Made by a program: the position numbers and the translations under genes
Notes under the pieces: model-generated
Database searches by the model: none
Told to the model about the DNA's origin: nothing
Seen by the model: the letters and a program-made list of their open reading frames with translations, nothing else
Part shown: piece by piece, positions 58,345 through 64,000 of the stretch
Layout of the letters: each line of letters starts with the position of its first letter
Position numbering within the stretch: position 1 is the stretch's first letter
DNA from: Planctomycetota bacterium
GTDB lineage: Bacteria > Planctomycetota > GCA-002687715 > CAIWVZ01
Length of the DNA stretch: 64,000 bases
Assembly: GCA_044222185.1 (NCBI GenBank)
Contig: JBGANV010000014.1
Location: 1-64,000 of the forward strand
Reading direction: 5' to 3'

Positions 58345-59658
58345 ATGAAAACGCTCTCCACTGCCTGCGTCGGCTTCATCCTTCTCCCGTTGGTCGTCAG
58401 CGGCGGATCTCAGGCGCAGTCGTGCGTCTCGACGGACGACGGGTTCGATCTCGGCTGCTGCACGGTGGCCGCGCCCACGATCCCGCCATTCCCCGCGAAA
58501 TCGCTCTTCGCCACCTATGGCCGGCTGATCGGCTGCACGCCCAACACGGCGAACGTCGCCGTGACGCTCAGTCCGCCGTCGTTCCTCCTCTGCGACTTCG
58601 CACTCGTGCAGGTGAATGCGACGTTCCTGGGCAGCAACGACACCATCACCGGTACGCTCTTCGCCAAGTACTCCCGGACGTGGTTGGATTCGACGACCTC
58701 CAGCGGGATCACGCAGATCTGGCGACTGCTGGTGAACGGTGATCTCACGTGCACGCCGGGGTCGGCGACGACGCCCTGTGCGTCCAGTCTTCCATCCTGT
58801 TCCTTCGCCTCGCCGGGCTACCCCGTTCACTTCGACGGCCACATCGACTACCAGTGCGACCCGAACACCGCCGGCAACTACTTCGTGTCGTTCAGCCTGA
58901 ATCACTTCCAGGGCTGCATCTCGCACGCACCCTGGTCGTGCAGTCCGCTCAGCGGCATCACGGCTCACGATCACGCGAGCTACCACCTGGTCGGACCGGC
59001 GCCGTTCACGTTCCTCTCGGGCGCGCCGGCACCGAGTGGCGCGATGTTCGGCGACGCCGTCCGCGCCTCCCAGCTCCACCTCACGCCCGCACCGGCCGTC
59101 TACCAGTGCTACAGCGAAGCGAAGACCGATCCGCTCGTGAGCGGGATGGCGACGAGTTCGAGCGCCGGGTGCTCGTGCGCGTCGATCAACCCGTGCACGA
59201 GCCTGGCGATCCCGTGCTCGTCCACGGGCTGCTACGAGAACGTCTCGCCGCTCGGGCTCGTGTGCTGTCCGATCCCCGGAACCAACACGTTCACGCCCTT
59301 GCCAGTCTCGGGGACACCCGTCGCGGCGACGGGGATGATCGCGCTCAAGCTGGGCTCATGGAGCGGGCAACCGAACTACCCCTACTCGGCGAACCTCACG
59401 ATCTACTTCGGAGTGCTCCAGTATCAGGACCCATGCTTCCTCGCGAACTGGAACCTGCACGTCGTGACGGGCGTCGGCACGTCGAACGTGGTCTGCATGA
59501 CCTACAACTCGTCGGCGTCGCCGTGCTCCCTCGCCGGACTCCAGACGCAGGCCGCGATCGATCTGCAGAACGTGCTCCCATTGAACAATCCGTCGCTCCC
59601 GCCCGGCTACGGCTGCCTGGCAGCATCGGACGTGGTGTGGAACCTGAACGTGTTCTGA
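58345..59658 (+). CDS. Exported Cys-rich hypothetical protein
   Basis: Signal peptide QA|Q; about 23 Cys in the mature chain; strong coding codon bias. Confidence 0.8.
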   Translation: MKTLSTACVGFILLPLVVSGGSQAQSCVSTDDGFDLGCCTVAAPTIPPFPAKSLFATYGRLIGCTPNTANVAVTLSPPSFLLCDFALVQVNATFLGSNDTITGTLFAKYSRTWLDSTTSSGITQIWRLLVNGDLTCTPGSATTPCASSLPSCSFASPGYPVHFDGHIDYQCDPNTAGNYFVSFSLNHFQGCISHAPWSCSPLSGITAHDHASYHLVGPAPFTFLSGAPAPSGAMFGDAVRASQLHLTPAPAVYQCYSEAKTDPLVSGMATSSSAGCSCASINPCTSLAIPCSSTGCYENVSPLGLVCCPIPGTNTFTPLPVSGTPVAATGMIALKLGSWSGQPNYPYSANLTIYFGVLQYQDPCFLANWNLHVVTGVGTSNVVCMTYNSSASPCSLAGLQTQAAIDLQNVLPLNNPSLPPGYGCLAASDVVWNLNVF

Positions 59659-59775
59659 CGATCCTGAGCGTCTCGACGAGTTCGCCCGCTGGGGCGGCGG
59701 CGCGCCTGTATGATCCCTCCGCGTCAGCCCGGAAGATGTCGCGCGCGCCAGCGCACGACGCGAGGAGGAACTCAG

Positions 59776-61605
59776 ATGCGGCGACTGCCCCTGATCGTGC
59801 TCGTGGTCGTGTCGATCGTCGGTGCGCAGCAGCCCAACTCGATCGGAGGACGACTCGCCTGGAACGGCGTCGATGGGCCACCGTGGCCGATCGCTGCGCT
59901 CGTGAACGGCCAAGGCGGCGCCGTGACGCTCGAGATCGGCGGTTCGACGCAGCAGCCATTCGCGCTGGTGGTCTCACGCGCGGGGTTGCTGAGTAGCGGG
60001 CTCGCGACGCCGCACGGAGTCCTCGACGTGGATCTGGCGACCTTCGAATGGGTCGCGGATGGGCTGTCGCCCGCGGGCGGCCCGCTCGACGCGCTCGCCG
60101 TGCTCGATCCGTCGGGGCGTCGCGTGTTCGTCGCACCCATCCTGCCGACGAGCAGCACGGCGCTCGGTGCGTGGCAGGCAGCCGTCGCCGATCCGGCGAG
60201 CCCGTTCGGAATGACGCTCACCGCGGCGACCGCGCTCGCGCTCTCTCAACTCCCGGGGACGGCGATCTACGTGTCGTCATCGACGGGCTCGCCCTCCAAT
60301 CCCGGGTCGGCGTCGGCGCCGCTGGCGACGATCACGGCGGGCGTGGCGGCGTCGGTGTCGCACGGCGTTCCTCATCCGCCCGTGTTCGTGGCGGCGGGAA
60401 CCTACGTTGAATCGCTCACGATCCCTGCGGGTCTGTCGCTGCATGGCGGATTGGATTCACAGGGCTGGCACTACGCGGGCAACGCCACGTCGACCGTTCT
60501 GGTCGGTACGTCACCGGCCGTCATCGCGTCCGCAAGCGGAGCTTCGGCGTCGATCACGGGCATGACGTTCGTCGCGTCGTCACCCTCGCAGGCCGGTGCG
60601 TCCTCGATCGCCGTGCGCGTCGTCGGATCGGGCTCGGGCCTGACGTTCGAGAGCTGCCGATTCCACGCGGCGAACGCCGCGGCCGGAACGAACGGTGTCG
60701 CGGGCGCAGCGGGGGCAGTTGGCGAAGACGGGCACTACGAGCTTTGGTGGAGTTATACGTCGATCTGGAATCAATCGGCGCTTCTCGGGCAGCCCGGCAA
60801 CGGAGCGCGGCCGGGTGGCGCCGGCGGCGACGGCGGGCGCGTGAACGGATTTCCGTACGACGGGCAGGCGGGACAGACGGCGCCGCTCGGTGGAGGTGCT
60901 GGCGGATTCGGAAGCCAGATGATCGGCGGGTTTCCGCCGAACAACGGAGCCTCGGGGCCCGGCGCGGGACAGCCGGGCGCGGCCGGCGCGCCGGGCGCAC
61001 ATGGCATCGCGTCGAGCGTCGCCGGGCTCGTCGTCAACGGCGCGTGGACCGCGGCGCCGCCAGCCGGTGATGGTGTGATCGGCGGGCTTGGACTGGGTGG
61101 AGGCGGAGGCGGCGGAAGCTGCACCTACGCCGGCATGAATGGCCATTGCGGTGGCGGGGGCGGTGCTGGCGGAAGTCCTGGTGCCGGTGGCCTCGGTGGC
61201 TGGAATGGTGGCGCGTCGATTGCCGTGCTCGTCGTCGATGCGTCGCCCACGTTCCGCGGATGCGATCTCGTCGCCGGAACTGGCGGCGTGGGCGGAAGCG
61301 GGGGCGCCGGCGGTGCGGGTGGAGCTGGTGGAGTGGGCGGCGGGTCGTTCCTCGGGAGCGTCGTTCCTCACGGCGCTCACGGCGGTGCGGGCGGGGCTGG
61401 CGGACCGGGTGGCGGAGGCGGAGGCGGTGCGGGCGGTCCGAGCTGGTGCATGTTCCGCGCGGGCGCGAGCCAGCCGGTCGTCTCGTCGTCCGTCATGTTT
61501 TCCACGAGCCAGGGCGGAGCGGGCGGTTCGGGCGGAGCGCGGGGCGATGGTTTGACGGTCGCGCCGAGCGGCGCCGCGGGCGCGTCCGGCGCCCTGGGCC
61601 CCTGA
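59776..61605 (+). CDS. Exported protein with DUF1565/beta-helix-like region and long Gly-rich repeats
   Basis: IYVS..G...NPGS...PLATI and VAAGTYVE; GGAGGAGG tracts; GGAGG RBS. Confidence 0.8.
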   Translation: MRRLPLIVLVVVSIVGAQQPNSIGGRLAWNGVDGPPWPIAALVNGQGGAVTLEIGGSTQQPFALVVSRAGLLSSGLATPHGVLDVDLATFEWVADGLSPAGGPLDALAVLDPSGRRVFVAPILPTSSTALGAWQAAVADPASPFGMTLTAATALALSQLPGTAIYVSSSTGSPSNPGSASAPLATITAGVAASVSHGVPHPPVFVAAGTYVESLTIPAGLSLHGGLDSQGWHYAGNATSTVLVGTSPAVIASASGASASITGMTFVASSPSQAGASSIAVRVVGSGSGLTFESCRFHAANAAAGTNGVAGAAGAVGEDGHYELWWSYTSIWNQSALLGQPGNGARPGGAGGDGGRVNGFPYDGQAGQTAPLGGGAGGFGSQMIGGFPPNNGASGPGAGQPGAAGAPGAHGIASSVAGLVVNGAWTAAPPAGDGVIGGLGLGGGGGGGSCTYAGMNGHCGGGGGAGGSPGAGGLGGWNGGASIAVLVVDASPTFRGCDLVAGTGGVGGSGGAGGAGGAGGVGGGSFLGSVVPHGAHGGAGGAGGPGGGGGGGAGGPSWCMFRAGASQPVVSSSVMFSTSQGGAGGSGGARGDGLTVAPSGAAGASGALGP

Positions 61606-61902
61606 TCTCGAAGAAGAACTGCTCACCTGACACTCCTTCGAATCGGTTCGGAAACGGCGGCAGATCGTCATCAGCCGGACCGGTCGAGACGACCGGCCGT
61701 CCTGCCAGAGGCCCGGCGCGTTGCGCGGGCCTTTGGCGCTCCGTAATCGCCGCGTCCACCGCGGCTCCGTGATCGGTGGGTCCGCCGGCGGTCCGTGACC
61801 GGCTTGGCCTCGAGCGGTCGGCCGACGAGGGGGCTCTCAGGAACTCGCAGGGGGAACGGATCGACTCGCAACCGACGGACGACTACACTTCCGGCCCAAG
61901 CC

Positions 61903-62979
61903 ATGATCAAACCCATGCTCAGTCTCGTCGGGCTCGCCGGGCTCGTCCTCGCTCAGGGGCTCACACCCGCGGCCACGGAACCGGTGACCCGCAGCTACCG
62001 GGTCCGCCAGCAGGTGATGCTCACGGAGATTCCCAAGGACTCGAAGGACGTCCGCTGGTGGATCGCCGTTCCTGACGACGATCGCTACCAGCAGATCCTC
62101 GATCTGTCGGTCGTCTCCGCGCCGGGCGAATGGAAATTCGTTCGCGAGGGCGATCACGGCAACCGGTTCCTCGCCGTGCACATCACGGCGCCGACGACCT
62201 CGGCAGCCGAAGTCACCGTCGAGTTCACCGTTCGTCGACGCGCGTCGTTCGTCGACATCGACGCAACGCGCGTCGGGATCCTGACGAATGCGCAGCGGCA
62301 CCTCTTCGCGGAGGAACTCCGGCGTGACGCTCCGCACATGGAGGTCACGCCGACGATCCAGAAGGTCGCCGACGACGCCTGCGGCAAGGAAGCGAACCTC
62401 TACACCCAGTGCCGGACGCTTCTCGAGCGGGTGGCGACCATCGCGGACCACTACTCGAAGGATCCCACCAAGCCCAAGTGCGGCGTCGGCGACGCCGGCA
62501 ACTGCCTCGCGAACGGCGGTGGATGCTGCACCGATCTCCATTCGCTCTTCATCGCGTTGGCTCGTGCCCGCGGCATCCCGGCCCGCCTCCAGATGGGCTA
62601 TCGCCTGCTCGAGAAGAACGAGGGCAAGGAAGTCGATCCGGGGTATCGCTGCTGGCCCGAGTACTTCCTCCCCGGCTACGGCTGGGTGGCTGCCGACGTC
62701 GTCGAAGCCGACGCCCCCGAAGGCACGGGCCAGGCACGCTGGTACACGGGGCTTTCCGAGCGGCGGCTCTGGCTCAACGAGGGGCGCGAGTTCGATCTGA
62801 CTCCTCGCAAGGCGGCGGCGCGCGTCAACACCATGGTCATCGGCTATGCGGAGATCGACGGCGTGCCCGCGCGCGTCCTGCCCGAGGGCGATCGGCTGCC
62901 GCAACTGTCGCGAAAGATCCTGTTCACGTCGATTCCTCCGAGCGGCCCCACGGCGCTGTCGTCATCGAACGTGAAGTGA
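61903..62979 (+). CDS. Exported transglutaminase-like protein
   Basis: GCCTDLHSLFIALARARGIPAR, GYRCWPEY and GWVAAD. Confidence 0.85.
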   Translation: MIKPMLSLVGLAGLVLAQGLTPAATEPVTRSYRVRQQVMLTEIPKDSKDVRWWIAVPDDDRYQQILDLSVVSAPGEWKFVREGDHGNRFLAVHITAPTTSAAEVTVEFTVRRRASFVDIDATRVGILTNAQRHLFAEELRRDAPHMEVTPTIQKVADDACGKEANLYTQCRTLLERVATIADHYSKDPTKPKCGVGDAGNCLANGGGCCTDLHSLFIALARARGIPARLQMGYRLLEKNEGKEVDPGYRCWPEYFLPGYGWVAADVVEADAPEGTGQARWYTGLSERRLWLNEGREFDLTPRKAAARVNTMVIGYAEIDGVPARVLPEGDRLPQLSRKILFTSIPPSGPTALSSSNVK

Positions 62980-63035
62980 TCGCAGGGCATCGCGGCCGCG
63001 CGGCGACGGCCGTTCGAGATCGGATGGAGAAGGGA

Positions 63036-64000
63036 ATGATGCGTACGACGATCGTGCTCTGCGTGATCTCGGCGGCACTGCTCGCCCAGAACGACCCGGC
63101 CCTCGAATCGCGGATCGCGGACCTGGAAGCCCGCAACCGCGAGATCCTCGATCGACTGAGCCGTGCCGAGGCGCGCAACGCAGCGCTCACCGACGAGCTG
63201 CGCGAAGTCAAGGATGCCGAAGCGGATGCCGCCGTCGATCGCATGGTGGCCACGTGCGTCGCGCGCACGGCGGACAACCTCACGTTCAAGGATCTGGTGC
63301 GTTCCGGGAACCGGCTGAAGTTCTACGGCCACCTCGCGCTTCACGCCTATTACGACTCGGCCCGCCTCGACCAGGCCGTCAACCCGTTGTTCGTCGTCCC
63401 GGAGAACGGTGTCGCCGCCCACGGCAACGACGATCAGTTCGCCTACGACGCGCGCCTCACGCGCTTCGGATTCGACGTCGACGCCGGAAAGATCGGCGAC
63501 GCGAACGTCACCGGAAGGCTGGAGACCGACTTCTCCAACTTCCCGGCGGGCATCTCCGAGTCACGCGAGACTCCGCGCATTCGCCTCGCGTACCTCGACC
63601 TGGACTTCGGCGCTCTGGGGTTGCGATTCGGTCAGGACTGGGACGTCGCTTCGCCGCTCAATCCATCCGTCGACGCGCAGAACGTGCTCTGGAATACGGG
63701 CAACCTGGGAGATCGGCGCCCGCAGATCCAGGCGCGTTTGAAGGAAGGTGATCCGAAGGAGTTCGCCTGGGACGCGAAACTCGCGCTCGGGCTCGGTGGC
63801 GCGATCGACAATCGCGACCTCGATCCTGCGGTGTCGGGAGTCTCGACCGAGCGCGATGGGTTCGACGTGGGCCACCCCAACGTCGAAGCGCGCGTGGGCA
63901 TGACGACGGCGTCCTGGGTCGACGGCAAGTCGATCTCCGCAGGCGTGTGGGGCTACTTCGCGGGAATCGAAACGGACACGGCGTTCGATGGGCGCCACAC
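63036..64000 (+). CDS. DcaP-like outer-membrane porin with N-terminal coiled coil (runs off the window; absent from the ORF track)
   Basis: Open frame MMRTTIVLCVISAALLA|QND..., then KFYG, ARLTRFGF, GRLETDF, RIRLAY, GQDW and GDRRPQ. Confidence 0.8.
   Translation, partial: MMRTTIVLCVISAALLAQNDPALESRIADLEARNREILDRLSRAEARNAALTDELREVKDAEADAAVDRMVATCVARTADNLTFKDLVRSGNRLKFYGHLALHAYYDSARLDQAVNPLFVVPENGVAAHGNDDQFAYDARLTRFGFDVDAGKIGDANVTGRLETDFSNFPAGISESRETPRIRLAYLDLDFGALGLRFGQDWDVASPLNPSVDAQNVLWNTGNLGDRRPQIQARLKEGDPKEFAWDAKLALGLGGAIDNRDLDPAVSGVSTERDGFDVGHPNVEARVGMTTASWVDGKSISAGVWGYFAGIETDTAFDGRH

Noticed and set aside
59776-61605. True mycobacterial PE-PGRS protein
   Set aside because: No PE domain; it has a Sec signal, and the similarity is only low-complexity glycine content.

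Overview
High-GC bacterial chromosomal window. The gene content suggests a Planctomycetota lineage; this is an inference from HEAT-VWA, alpha/alpha-toroid, ECF-TM-carboxypeptidase-regulatory fusion, kinase-FGE and FDDGxG propeller proteins. I find about 36 CDSs and no tRNA, rRNA, CRISPR array or mobile element. Housekeeping or recognisable genes: alaS, cysD-cysNC, a coupled HAD-NUDIX/folB/pteridine-reductase operon, a Thr/Ser dehydratase, a rhomboid, csbD, a vanadium haloperoxidase and a di-heme peroxidase. Most of the rest encodes large exported proteins. The most striking patterns are: (1) 13 predicted exported proteins have Gln directly after the apparent signal peptide, and the window encodes a membrane-anchored animal-type glutaminyl cyclase, which looks like a Bacteroidetes-type 'Q-rule' in another phylum; (2) unrelated exported proteins share two unnamed terminal domains that may be sorting or anchoring modules; (3) two tandem ~1640-aa trypsin-fold proteins carry the same full catalytic-triad replacement (H>S, D>N, S>E) and a shared upstream motif; (4) a HAD-NUDIX fusion could supply both dephosphorylation steps before FolB. 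Start codons were chosen by eye and all domain calls are from motif recognition, not database searches.
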